A stretch of 64,000 nucleotides of DNA from an uncultured Bacteroidales bacterium (GTDB lineage: Bacteria > Bacteroidota > Bacteroidia > Bacteroidales > VadinHA17): positions 256,487-320,486 of the forward strand of contig CAWJAW010000009.1 in assembly GCA_963840965.1 (NCBI GenBank). The letters run 5' to 3'. The notes beneath the pieces were generated by a model that saw only the letters and a program-made list of their open reading frames with translations, made no database searches and was not told the origin of the DNA. How positions within the stretch are numbered: the first letter of the stretch is position 1; each line of letters begins with the position of its first letter. Below, piece after piece: positions 1 to 9,487 of this stretch. The translations under genes were made by a program, and so were the position numbers.

Positions 1-158
1 CCGATTTCTTTTGAAACTCCCGACGATTTAGGATTGTCTTTTTTCCCCGGTCTGTGATCCTGGTCCTGTTCATTCAGACCCTGGAAAAATTTTACGATTG
101 GTCTTAAAAGAAGATAGATTATAATGCTGATTAATACAAAGCGGATTAAAATTGTCAT
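1..158 (-). CDS. small membrane protein; its C-terminal part runs off the window edge
   Basis: ATG at 158-156 on the minus strand. Translation MTILIRFVLISIIIYLLLRPIVKFFQGLNEQDQDHRPGKKDNPK.. gives one hydrophobic helix followed by a charged tail. Resembles small DUF4834-like Bacteroidota proteins, from memory only. Confidence 0.35.
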   Translation of the reverse strand, partial: MTILIRFVLISIIIYLLLRPIVKFFQGLNEQDQDHRPGKKDNPKSSGVSKEI

Positions 159-208
159 TTCGTTTTGAAGTTATTCTGTTTAAGTTATTCAATAATCATT
201 GTCTCCAA

Positions 209-2887
209 TTATCTGACCGAACTATCGATCCTATAGTTATAAAGGAACCTGTCGGATCCTCCCACTATAAGATTCCAACCCGGAGCAGAGGACAATTTTC
301 CTATTGAGAACATCGATGCTCCCCTGAGCGGGAATCCGTTCATTACCGTTCCCTTGCTGTCGACAAGCCATATCAGGTTACGACCGGCATCAAAAACCCC
401 GATCTTCCTGTCGGAAGAGGAGAATGTGAAACTGATCGGGCCCATGAGGGCTGGAGAATCGAAATCCTTAGAAAACATCTCTTTCTGATTGTGATCATAA
501 AGATACAGCATACTGCTGTCAATGAAAACATATTCACCAAAACCATCTCCATCCACATCAAAAAAATCGAATGAATGATCAAAACTAAACTTCCTGAAGC
601 TGAATTTTTTAACTTCTCCGTTGAATGACACTGTCTGGACCGTTCCGTCAGGTGCGGTACAAACGAGCGAAGAACCCGATCCGGACGAGAGTCTCAGGGC
701 CGATCCCGGAGCTTTGGTGACCGCATCATCAGGGGTAAGTCTGATCTTTCCGGTACGGTCGAGGAAGTATATGGAGGATTCATCAACCACAACAATAAAG
801 TCCTTTCCCGAGACTTTAAAGAAGCCGGCCTCGGATGTCACCGTTCCTGCCGTCCTGAACGGTTCCCATCCCTTCACCACACTTCCCGACTTATCGTAGG
901 AATAAACGTACTTATCCTCGCCAGCTATCACCAGCCTGTAGGTCCCGTTGTTCTCATAGTCAAAAAGGGCAAGCGGGCTTGTAGCCGGGGATCGAAGCCT
1001 CACCGGGTATCTGTCGACATAATTCCCGTTACGGTCGATAAGATGGAGGTTGTTCTTTCCGGCAAAGAGCAGCTGATATTTGCCGTTCCTGTAATAGTCG
1101 ATCATATACACAGATCCGTTTATTCTTTCCCTGAGAGGAAGCTTCCACAGCACCCTTCCCGCGGTGTTTATCAGATAGGCATTGTTTCCCGAATCCTGGA
1201 TAAATATCTCCTTCACTCCGGTGTTATGGTTGGTGAAGAAGAAGGGTTTGATTGCTGCAGTCGTATCAAGAAGTGTCTCCCATTCAGTAGTCGACTCTTC
1301 CATTACAAGTTCCTTATAACTTATTGTCAGATTATTATAGACCATTCCGTTAACGGATGCAAGCTGGTAGCCGATCGATTGTACCTTATCGAGAAGAGTT
1401 TTGTTGTCATTGAGTCCTTCAGCCAGTTCAAGTCCGAAGTAACCTGAAAAATAGTCGAGGCTTTTTGCCGGCACACAATAGAACAGATAACCTGCTCTGG
1501 AGGGGATCCCCTTCTCAAATTCCCTGTAAAGTAAATCATTTGCAAGAGTCTTGTTAAGCATATTGTCGTAGAGGAGGCGGGATATTGCGGCATATGAATT
1601 TCCGGTAATCATATAATTATCGTGGAAGGCGAAGCAGGAGTCGTCGAATCCTGGGGCAAAACCAGGTTCAAGTTCCAGCAACAATCCCGGTTTTCCGGTA
1701 AGATACACCGGTACTTTTGTCTGATCATCAGGTCTGAAATATGCTTTTTCCGACCTGCTGCCCGCTATTTCGAGGAAGATATTTTCGCACTGCACCCGGT
1801 TTTTAAGTTTGTAGATTACCAGGGTGTTCCGGTTTACCGGATTATTTCTGATGTCAATCCAGGCTTTGGTGATCTCATCGCCCAGGAAGGGCCTCAGCCT
1901 GCGTGCAAGGGTTGCGGCCTGGCCTTCTGTCGCTCCTCCGGCTGTTGCCGTCCCGTCACGGGGAGTCAGCACCATTGTTTCAAACATCGAAGTGGCAGAG
2001 GGAAGTATCCTGTAAGTCTGGAAGGCAATAGGTTCAACCGACCTGAAGCGGGAAAGCCGTTCGGAGTTTTCACTGCTCTCGATGTAACCGCTTATGGTAA
2101 GGCCGTCTTCCTTTATGAAGATATCACCTCCTGCGATGCCTCCAAGCTTTGAAATCCTGGCTGCAAGAGATGATTTTTCTTCCGGAAAAATCCTTTCAGC
2201 AGTTTTCAGTAGATTCCCCATTACAATAAAGATCTTGTCCTCGTTTTTCCCTGACGAAACAAGAATCTTCGAAAATCCGGGAGTATTTCTTATATCCGTT
2301 TCAGCAGTATTCTGCGACAGTGCCCTGGTAACAAGCTGACGGGATGTAGTGCATACAAGAAGTCCGGAGTTCAGGGTCACAAACAGGGTGTCGGTCCGGC
2401 CTCCAATCCGGAAAGGCAGCAAGGTCAGTCTTTTTCCCGAATTCCTTTCCTCTGTGATCTGGCTGATTCCTGCCTCCCCAATGGCTTCCCTGAGGTGTCT
2501 GTATCCTGTCTCGGCAGGGATCACCTTTGAGAGAAAAGGGGTAAGCCGGCCGTCCTCCCCGGAATGAAACGATATAACTGCTGTTCCGTCCTGGAGAAGC
2601 TTCCTGAAACCGGGTTTGTTTATCTGGTCGGCAATGTACTTAAGCCCTGAACTGAAGCCGGCCAGTTCCTTTATCTTTTCTAATTCTGAGAAAAGACCTT
2701 TTCCTGTGGTTAAGGAATTTACCAGATTCCGGAGATCGATTGTCTCAATTGCAATACCTGCATCCTGTCCGATAAGCTTCCATGGATCGGCAGCCATGGT
2801 CTTTCTGCTCTGATGCAGGAAATAAACCGCCAGTGTTACCGCTGCGAGAAGCAGGACAATAAAAGATATGGCAATCCGTCTCGACAT
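209..2887 (-). CDS. large membrane-anchored protein with beta-propeller/FG-GAP-like C-terminal repeats
   Basis: ORF 209..2908. The preferred start MSRRIAISFIVLLLAAV (2887) gives an N-terminal TM anchor. The C-terminal half has repeated Gly/Asp/aromatic motifs (FDVDGDGFGEYVF, YENNGTYRLVIAG). Family not recognised with certainty. Confidence 0.7.
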   Translation of the reverse strand: MSRRIAISFIVLLLAAVTLAVYFLHQSRKTMAADPWKLIGQDAGIAIETIDLRNLVNSLTTGKGLFSELEKIKELAGFSSGLKYIADQINKPGFRKLLQDGTAVISFHSGEDGRLTPFLSKVIPAETGYRHLREAIGEAGISQITEERNSGKRLTLLPFRIGGRTDTLFVTLNSGLLVCTTSRQLVTRALSQNTAETDIRNTPGFSKILVSSGKNEDKIFIVMGNLLKTAERIFPEEKSSLAARISKLGGIAGGDIFIKEDGLTISGYIESSENSERLSRFRSVEPIAFQTYRILPSATSMFETMVLTPRDGTATAGGATEGQAATLARRLRPFLGDEITKAWIDIRNNPVNRNTLVIYKLKNRVQCENIFLEIAGSRSEKAYFRPDDQTKVPVYLTGKPGLLLELEPGFAPGFDDSCFAFHDNYMITGNSYAAISRLLYDNMLNKTLANDLLYREFEKGIPSRAGYLFYCVPAKSLDYFSGYFGLELAEGLNDNKTLLDKVQSIGYQLASVNGMVYNNLTISYKELVMEESTTEWETLLDTTAAIKPFFFTNHNTGVKEIFIQDSGNNAYLINTAGRVLWKLPLRERINGSVYMIDYYRNGKYQLLFAGKNNLHLIDRNGNYVDRYPVRLRSPATSPLALFDYENNGTYRLVIAGEDKYVYSYDKSGSVVKGWEPFRTAGTVTSEAGFFKVSGKDFIVVVDESSIYFLDRTGKIRLTPDDAVTKAPGSALRLSSGSGSSLVCTAPDGTVQTVSFNGEVKKFSFRKFSFDHSFDFFDVDGDGFGEYVFIDSSMLYLYDHNQKEMFSKDFDSPALMGPISFTFSSSDRKIGVFDAGRNLIWLVDSKGTVMNGFPLRGASMFSIGKLSSAPGWNLIVGGSDRFLYNYRIDSSVR

Positions 2888-2965
2888 ATGAATTAATTTG
2901 GCACGCAATTTGAATTACCCTAAGTACACAGGCAATCTCAATATATCCTTGATCCTTCAAGGTCA

Positions 2966-2996
2966 GCCAGGTCAAAAGCCTGGCTTTTATTTTTTT
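2966..2996. terminator. hairpin plus T-run between divergent/convergent genes
   Basis: GCCAGG-TCAAAAG-CCTGGC followed by TTTTATTTTTTT on the + strand. It lies immediately 3' of trpS (minus strand), where it reads as an A-run plus hairpin, so orientation and function are ambiguous. Confidence 0.3.
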
Positions 2997-3988
2997 CAGA
3001 AAGGCTTGTAGCCAATAAGTTCCCTGACTTCTCTGACGGTGCGTGCCGCGCTTTCCCGGGCTTTTTCCCCGCCTTCCCTGACCACTTTTGCAAGATACTC
3101 ATTATCTGCAAGTATCTCGTTCAGTTTTTCGCGAATAGGAGTCAGTGCAATTATAATATCTTCAGCAAGTTGTTTCTTGAGGTCTCCGTAACGTATTTCG
3201 CAGGAGGCATGCTTTTCGCGGAAATGATCAACGACCTGTTTTTCCGACACGACCTCCAGTATTGTGAACAGGTTCTTTACCGGTTCCGACATAGCCTGTC
3301 GCATTTCAGTCGGACCTGCATCGGTGACTGCGCTCATTACCTTTTTTCTTATCGCCTGCGGAGTATCTGACAGATAGATGCCGTTGCCTTCGCTCTTCCC
3401 CATTTTCCCGCTTCCGTCGAGTCCCGGGATCTTGATCAGCTCCATACCGAAATTATAGGCATCGGGTTCCGGAAAGTATTCAACTCCGTATATGGAGTTG
3501 AACCGTCTGGCAAAACGCCTCGTCATTTCGAGATGCTGCTCCTGGTCCTTTCCCACCGGAACCTTGGTTGCCTTATGGATTATAATATCCGCAGCCATCA
3601 GTACGGGGTAAGTTAGCAAACCGGCGTTAATATTGTCGGGATGTTTCCTTATTTTTTCCTTGAATGAAGCAGTGCGTTCCAGTTCTCCGACATAAGCGTT
3701 CATATTAAGGAGCAGGTAGAGTTCCGAGACCTCGGGAACATCGCTCTGGATAAAAAGGGTGGCTGCTTCCGGGTCGATTCCGCATGCCAGGTATTCAGCC
3801 AGCACCTGCTTTATGTTTCCATGAAGGTCGTCGGGTTTGGGATGAGTAGTAAGGGCATGATAGTCGGCTATGAAGAAGTAGCATCTGTTCTCCTTCTGCA
3901 TTTTTATAAAGTTTCTTATCGCACCGTAATAATTCCCCAGGTGAAGTTTCCCTGTCGATCTGATCCCGCTCACAACTGTTTCCATCAT
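2996..3988 (-). CDS. trpS: tryptophan--tRNA ligase
   Basis: Class I motifs HLGNYYG (HIGH-like) and KMGKSEGN (KMSKS). A TrpS-like N-terminus MMETVVSGIRSTGKLHLGNY starts at 3988. The ORF itself extends to 4054. Confidence 0.9.
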   Translation of the reverse strand: MMETVVSGIRSTGKLHLGNYYGAIRNFIKMQKENRCYFFIADYHALTTHPKPDDLHGNIKQVLAEYLACGIDPEAATLFIQSDVPEVSELYLLLNMNAYVGELERTASFKEKIRKHPDNINAGLLTYPVLMAADIIIHKATKVPVGKDQEQHLEMTRRFARRFNSIYGVEYFPEPDAYNFGMELIKIPGLDGSGKMGKSEGNGIYLSDTPQAIRKKVMSAVTDAGPTEMRQAMSEPVKNLFTILEVVSEKQVVDHFREKHASCEIRYGDLKKQLAEDIIIALTPIREKLNEILADNEYLAKVVREGGEKARESAARTVREVRELIGYKPF

Positions 3989-4066
3989 CGCATCAATAAA
4001 ATTCCCCGCAAAATTAATTCTTTTTCCGAAAATCGTACCTTTGCCTGTCCACAATACAAGAAGGCC

Positions 4067-4405
4067 ATGGAATCAACGAGACAGAAAAAAGTATCCAGGC
4101 TCCTGCAAAAGGAGGCGGCCGATCTCTTTTTAAGGAAGGGAAATGAATTTGCACACGGCAAGATGATCTCCGTGACAAAGGTCAGGATAAGTCCCGATCT
4201 TTCCGTTGCCCGGATCTATCTGAGCATCTTTCCTTCAGAAGGACAGGACGGTATTCTGAAGGGTATACAGGAGCACTCGCCCAAGATCAGGTACGAGTTA
4301 GGCCAGAAAGTGGGAAAACAACTCCGCATCGTGCCTGAAATAGCCTTTTTCATCGACGATAGCCTTGATTACATTGACCACATCGACCAGCTTCTGAAAT
4401 CCTGA
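4067..4405 (+). CDS. rbfA: ribosome-binding factor A
   Basis: MESTRQKKVSRLLQKEAADLFL...VTKVRISPDLSVARIYLSIFP...LRIVPEIAFFIDDSLDY is a typical RbfA. ATG at 4067. The upstream part of ORF 3821.. is antisense to trpS. Confidence 0.85.
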   Translation: MESTRQKKVSRLLQKEAADLFLRKGNEFAHGKMISVTKVRISPDLSVARIYLSIFPSEGQDGILKGIQEHSPKIRYELGQKVGKQLRIVPEIAFFIDDSLDYIDHIDQLLKS

Positions 4406-4409
4406 GGAA

Positions 4410-5219
4410 ATGCATTACGATCCGGTCAAAAAAACGGTTGGAAGGATCTTTTCGGGTCCGGCAGCAATGAGGAAATTGTTTTACTTTTCCCTCGACATGC
4501 TGCTTCTGAGGGCCTGGCATGTAAGAAAGGCTCTTAAGTCGCTGGCAGATAAGTATCCGGGTGAGGCGAACATCCTCGATGCCGGCTCCGGTTTCGGCCA
4601 GTACACATGGCGGATGAGCAGGATGAACCGGCTTTGGAAGATAAAGGCCGTGGATATCGACCCGGAACATATTGAAAGCACAAGGGAATTTTTCAGGAAG
4701 TCAGGACTGGCCGGGAGGGTGAGCTGTGAGAAGCTTGACCTTACTGAACTGAAAGAATCGGAGATGTTCGATTTCATCCTGTCGGTTGACGTGATGGAAC
4801 ATATTGAAAGGGATGAGCTTGTTTTCAGGAATTTCTTCAAGGCTCTCAAACCGGGTGGTTCACTTCTGATATCAACCCCTTCCGACATGGGCGGATCGGA
4901 TGTTCATGGTGAAGGTGAAACATCATTCATTGAAGAGCATGTCAGGAACGGATACGGGATCGGTGATATCACCAGGAAGCTGGAGGGAGCAGGGTTCAGG
5001 AAAATCCGGACAGCCTACACCTACGGCAAACCCGGATCCATATCATGGCTCCTCTCGATGAAATACCCGATCAGGATGCTCAACACTTCGAAGCTGTTCA
5101 TCATTATTCTTCCGATATATTACATGTTCACCTTCCCGGTTGCTGTGGTTCTTAACTTTTTTGATCTCTTTCTGACTCATAAAACAGGAACCGGTCTGCT
5201 GGTTTCGGCAATCAGGTAA
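4410..5219 (+). CDS. class I SAM-dependent methyltransferase with C-terminal TM segment
   Basis: Motif I ILDAGSGFGQYT, a post-I acidic residue, LKPGGSLLISTP, and a hydrophobic C-terminus. Confidence 0.8.
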   Translation: MHYDPVKKTVGRIFSGPAAMRKLFYFSLDMLLLRAWHVRKALKSLADKYPGEANILDAGSGFGQYTWRMSRMNRLWKIKAVDIDPEHIESTREFFRKSGLAGRVSCEKLDLTELKESEMFDFILSVDVMEHIERDELVFRNFFKALKPGGSLLISTPSDMGGSDVHGEGETSFIEEHVRNGYGIGDITRKLEGAGFRKIRTAYTYGKPGSISWLLSMKYPIRMLNTSKLFIIILPIYYMFTFPVAVVLNFFDLFLTHKTGTGLLVSAIR

Positions 5220-5222
5220 AAA

Positions 5223-6443
5223 GTGAAACTTCCCCTTTACATAGCAAAAAGATATCTGTTTGCGAAGAAGTCGCGGAATGCAATCAATGTAATCTCTTCG
5301 ATATCAGTTGCAGGGGTGACTGTCGGCACCATGGCTCTGATAATCGTGCTTTCGGTTTTCAACGGCCTCGAAACCCTTGTCAGGTCCATCTTCAATACCT
5401 TTGATCCCGATCTTAAGATCACACCTGCGGAAGGGAAAACATTCATCCCCGACTCCCTTACCCTCAACCTGCTGGCCAGCGTAAACGGCGTGGCCTGCTA
5501 TTCGCTCTGCCTGGAGGAAAATGCCCTGCTGAGATACGGCGACAGGCAGTTTGTTGCCACAATAAAGGGAGTTGACGGGAATTATGCAGAAGTTACAGGC
5601 ATCGACAGCTCGATGTGGGACGGAGAATTCATTCTCAGGTCGGATCAGGGAAGGCCCTATGCAATCCCGGGAATCGGAGTAGCCAATTACCTGGGGATGA
5701 GAGTCAATTTCGTAACACCGCTTAACATCTATGTCCCGAAACGGACTGGTTCCGTTGATCTCGATCCCGGGAATGCCTTTATAAGGAATTATATTTTCCC
5801 TTCAGGCATCTACCAGGTGGAACAGGAATTCGACTCGAAGTATGTGTTTGTACCTGTTGACTTTGCGCGTGAGCTTCTCGAATACCAGTCAGAAGTGACC
5901 TCGATGGAGATAAAATTTGAAGAAGGAGCCCGGGAGGCTGATGTCCAGAGGGATGTCATGAAAATTTTCGGGCAGGGTTACGTCGTTCAGAACAAATATG
6001 AACAACAGGAGATCTTCTACAAGGTGATGCGGTCGGAACGGATCGCCATCTTCTTTATCCTCACACTGATACTGATAATTGCATCATTCAGCATTATCGG
6101 ATCTCTTACCATGCTCATCATTGAAAAGGAAAGGGACATCGGGATACTAAGGAGTCTGGGAGCCGACAATTTGCTGATCAGGAAGATATTTATTTTTGAA
6201 GGATGGCTGATCTCAATAATAGGCGCAATTGCAGGAATCATTCTGGGCTTCCTGATATGCTGGATCCAGCAGAAATACGGCATTGTAACCCTCCAGAGCG
6301 ACTCGCTTATTGTAAATGCCTATCCGGTGGAGATGAAGGTCAGGGATTTCATTATCGTTCCGCTCACCGTACTCCTCATAGGATTCTGGGCAGCATGGTA
6401 TCCTGTAAGATTCCTTACAAAAAAGTACCTTGCAAATGATTAA
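5223..6443 (+). CDS. FtsX/LolC-LolE family ABC transporter permease
   Basis: GTG start. MKLPLYIAKRYLFAKKSRNAINVISSISVAGVTVG.. is the canonical LolC/E-type N-terminus. Four TM segments and a large periplasmic loop. Confidence 0.85.
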   Translation: MKLPLYIAKRYLFAKKSRNAINVISSISVAGVTVGTMALIIVLSVFNGLETLVRSIFNTFDPDLKITPAEGKTFIPDSLTLNLLASVNGVACYSLCLEENALLRYGDRQFVATIKGVDGNYAEVTGIDSSMWDGEFILRSDQGRPYAIPGIGVANYLGMRVNFVTPLNIYVPKRTGSVDLDPGNAFIRNYIFPSGIYQVEQEFDSKYVFVPVDFARELLEYQSEVTSMEIKFEEGAREADVQRDVMKIFGQGYVVQNKYEQQEIFYKVMRSERIAIFFILTLILIIASFSIIGSLTMLIIEKERDIGILRSLGADNLLIRKIFIFEGWLISIIGAIAGIILGFLICWIQQKYGIVTLQSDSLIVNAYPVEMKVRDFIIVPLTVLLIGFWAAWYPVRFLTKKYLAND

Positions 6444-6452
6444 ATTCGGGCC

Positions 6453-7232
6453 ATGAGTTCTGTCAGACGGCATATTATTCCTGCGATGCTCATCATTCTG
6501 ATGGCTGCAGTCTCATGCTCTGGCCGCAGAAATAAGGCTGAGCACAAGGACATTATACCCGTTGACGATCTGACAGCAATTCTCACTGACTCATATCTTG
6601 CCGACGGTCTTCTGGCCATACCGGAGATCAGGTATAAATTCAATGAGGGCGACACCTTGCAGTCGTACGTCGACATCATTGAGGATCACGGCTACACCAA
6701 GGACGAGATGGACAGGACCATGAGGTACTATTTCATCCGGAAGCCCAAGAAGCTTGTAAAGATCTACGACAAGGTGCTGGGAAAGCTCAGCGAAATGGAG
6801 TCGATTGCCGACAAGGATCTTCTTGAATTCAGCTCCATAAACCTGAATCTGTGGCCCGGCGAGCGCTTCTTCCATCTGCCCGGACCCGACAGCACCGACA
6901 TTCCCTGGGTCGACATCAAAGGAGACTTCTACGGAACAATACATCTGAGTTTCACAATAACAATTTATCCCGGCGATCCAACTGCTGATCCGCACGTCGG
7001 ACTCTATTTCTCCCAGCTCGATTCGGGAGCAATTGAGAAAAGGGCAGGCTTCACTCCCATCAGGCTTTTGAAGGACGGACGTCCTCACAGCTACAGCCTC
7101 ACCATGGTGAATCCCTTTCCCGGCACGAGCCGTCTTAGGGGATGGTTTACCGGAGAGGCGCTCGCCCCTTACCTGAATTACCATCAGTGGATAAGCAACA
7201 TTGTACTCGCCCGTTCGAGAATAGTAAAATGA
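6453..7232 (+). CDS. hypothetical lipoprotein
   Basis: Signal peptide with lipobox LMAAVSC. No catalytic motifs recognised. Confidence 0.6.
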   Translation: MSSVRRHIIPAMLIILMAAVSCSGRRNKAEHKDIIPVDDLTAILTDSYLADGLLAIPEIRYKFNEGDTLQSYVDIIEDHGYTKDEMDRTMRYYFIRKPKKLVKIYDKVLGKLSEMESIADKDLLEFSSINLNLWPGERFFHLPGPDSTDIPWVDIKGDFYGTIHLSFTITIYPGDPTADPHVGLYFSQLDSGAIEKRAGFTPIRLLKDGRPHSYSLTMVNPFPGTSRLRGWFTGEALAPYLNYHQWISNIVLARSRIVK

Positions 7233-8404
7233 AGCACTTTTCAGCCCAGTATATTTTCACCAACGAAGGTCCGCCGCTGAAACGGGGGATAATATCCGTT
7301 AAAACCGACGGAACCATTGCGGGTATTGAGGATTCAGGAGGAAAACTTTCGGAAAGAGAATCGGCTGAATTCCACAACGGTATTATTATCCCGGGATTTG
7401 TCAACTGCCACTGCCACCTGGAACTCTCGCACATGAAGGGGCGGACAGCTCCGGGAAAGGGACTGGCGGAGTTCCTTAAAAATTTCCGGACCAAACGGGA
7501 AAACGGAAATGAAACCATACTCTTTTCAGCCGCTGAAGCTGACAGGGAGATGTATTCCGGAGGAGTTATGTTGTGTGCCGATATCTGCAACACAAGGATG
7601 ACCTTCGACATCAAGAAGAAAAGCAGGATAAAGTATATCAGCCTTCTGGAGGTCTTCGGGCTTCAGCCGGAAAAAGCCGGTCGCCGCATGGATGAAGTAC
7701 TGCAGCTTGCTGCCATTGCGCACGATTATAATCTCCCGTTTTCAATAGTCCCTCATGCAGCTTACTCGATATCTCTTACCCTTTTCAGACTTCTGAAGGA
7801 GGCAACGGCAAAAAACAGGATCACTTCGCTTCATTTCATGGAGACAAAAGCGGAGAAGACATTCCTGAAGTACTACGACGGACCGCTTATGGAATCGTAC
7901 CGTGATTCGGAACTGCTTCCTGAAAATCAGGCTTTCGTCAGAGACCATGCGGAGGCGGTTCTGGAGGAAGTAACTCCATCCGGAAACCTGATACTGGTAC
8001 ATAACACCTTTGTCGACCGGACCACAATCAGGAAAGTCAGGAACAGGAAAAATCTTTACTGGTGTCTTTGTCCACGGGCCAATCTCTATATTGAAGACCA
8101 TGTGCCTCCGGTTGATCTGCTCACCGGGGAAGGCTGCAGGATAGTAATTGGTACCGACAGTCTTGCCTCCAACGACAGTCTGAACATACTTGCTGAGCTA
8201 AAGGTACTTCAGGCGCATTTTCAGGAAATCCCGCTGGAGGAGCTTGTACGATGGGCCACACTCAACGGTGCGGCGGCCCTCAGGCAAGAAAATACATACG
8301 GCAGTATCCGGCGCGGGAAGAAACCAGGGTTGCTTCTTTTACAGGATGTTGATCTGCAAAAAATGAGGCTGCTGCCTCAGACGAGAGTAACGAGGCTGGT
8401 GTGA
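7229..8404 (+). CDS. amidohydrolase family (metal-dependent hydrolase/deaminase-like) protein
   Basis: PGFVNCHCHLELSH metal-binding HxH motif and a later IGTDSLASN motif. The ATG at 7229 overlaps the upstream stop (ATGA). Confidence 0.8.
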   Translation: MKHFSAQYIFTNEGPPLKRGIISVKTDGTIAGIEDSGGKLSERESAEFHNGIIIPGFVNCHCHLELSHMKGRTAPGKGLAEFLKNFRTKRENGNETILFSAAEADREMYSGGVMLCADICNTRMTFDIKKKSRIKYISLLEVFGLQPEKAGRRMDEVLQLAAIAHDYNLPFSIVPHAAYSISLTLFRLLKEATAKNRITSLHFMETKAEKTFLKYYDGPLMESYRDSELLPENQAFVRDHAEAVLEEVTPSGNLILVHNTFVDRTTIRKVRNRKNLYWCLCPRANLYIEDHVPPVDLLTGEGCRIVIGTDSLASNDSLNILAELKVLQAHFQEIPLEELVRWATLNGAAALRQENTYGSIRRGKKPGLLLLQDVDLQKMRLLPQTRVTRLV

Positions 8405-8414
8405 TTAAGATGAG

Positions 8415-8652
8415 TGGGAGAAAAGGAGAAGGGGAGAAGAGGAGAGAATGAATTAACTCCGTGAGAATCTGTGATTAACTCCGTGTTACTCCGTGTTTAA
8501 CATCTTGATAACCAGCGGTTATATTTGTATGACCACGTGGTTGAAGAACCCCCTTTTGGGGCAGGGGGTAAAACAGGCAGGGGGGTGAAACGGTTTCAGG
8601 GAGTCTCTTCGTCTCCCCTTCTCCCCTTCTCCCCTTCTCCCCTTCTTTCCTC
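8415..8652. repeat. inverted purine-rich/pyrimidine-rich arms enclosing AACTCCGTG modules and a GC palindrome
   Basis: GGGAGAAAAGGAGAAGGGGAGAAGAGGAGAGAA (8415-8447) faces (CCCCTTCT)x4 within 8604-8652. The interior has AACTCCGTG x3 and CCCCCTTTTGGGGCAGGGGGTA (8549-8570). Confidence 0.8.
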
Positions 8653-8702
8653 AGCCTGTTTGCAAATTTCTGTTATCTTTGCCCCGTTCAGTAACCGGGG
8701 AA

Positions 8703-9485
8703 ATGTCCACATTCTTATTTGACAAAATAATATTCGGTCCCGTCAGGAGCAGAAGGCTCGGGGTATCTCTTGGCATCAACCTTCTTCCGCTTAACCGGAA
8801 GGTCTGCAACTTTAATTGCATTTACTGCGAATGCGGCTGGACGGCCGGCGGATCAGATGAGAAAAGTCCGCTGCCCTCAAGGGAAGAAGTGTACAGGGCG
8901 CTCGAGACAAAGCTCGCTGAAATGAAGATCAGAGGTCTGGCTCCCGATGTAATCACCTTTGCAGGTAACGGAGAACCCACGCTTCATCCTGACTTCCCCG
9001 GTATAGTTGATGATTCCATCGAAATCCGCAACAGGTATTTCCCAGAAGCCAGGATAGCCGTCCTTTCAAACTCCACGAACATAACAGTTCCAAAGATAAG
9101 GGAAGCCCTGCTGAAAGTTGACCAGAACATCCTGAAACTCGATTCCGGATTTGACCTTACCGTCAGGGTTCACAACCAGCCGCGTGTCAATGTAAAAGTG
9201 AAGGAGCTCATTGAGAATCTTAGAGACTTCAACGGGCAGCTCATTATCCAGACCCTTTTCCTGAGAGGAAAACATGACGGCATAACAATCGACAACACCA
9301 CCCCCGAAGAGATTGAGGTATGGCTGAAGGCACTGGCTCTGATCCGGCCGGCCGAGGTGATGATATACACAATCTCAAGGGACACTCCCCAGGGGGACGC
9401 CCTTCACAAGGTACCTCTTGCCGATCTTAACCGGATAGCTGAAAAGGTCAGGAGGCTGGGAATAAAAACTGTTGTATCTGACTAG
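8703..9485 (+). CDS. radical SAM protein
   Basis: CNFNCIYCECGW matches the CxxxCxxC cluster motif near the N-terminus. ATG at 8703 (ORF starts at 8679). Confidence 0.8.
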   Translation: MSTFLFDKIIFGPVRSRRLGVSLGINLLPLNRKVCNFNCIYCECGWTAGGSDEKSPLPSREEVYRALETKLAEMKIRGLAPDVITFAGNGEPTLHPDFPGIVDDSIEIRNRYFPEARIAVLSNSTNITVPKIREALLKVDQNILKLDSGFDLTVRVHNQPRVNVKVKELIENLRDFNGQLIIQTLFLRGKHDGITIDNTTPEEIEVWLKALALIRPAEVMIYTISRDTPQGDALHKVPLADLNRIAEKVRRLGIKTVVSD

Positions 9486-9487
9486 CA

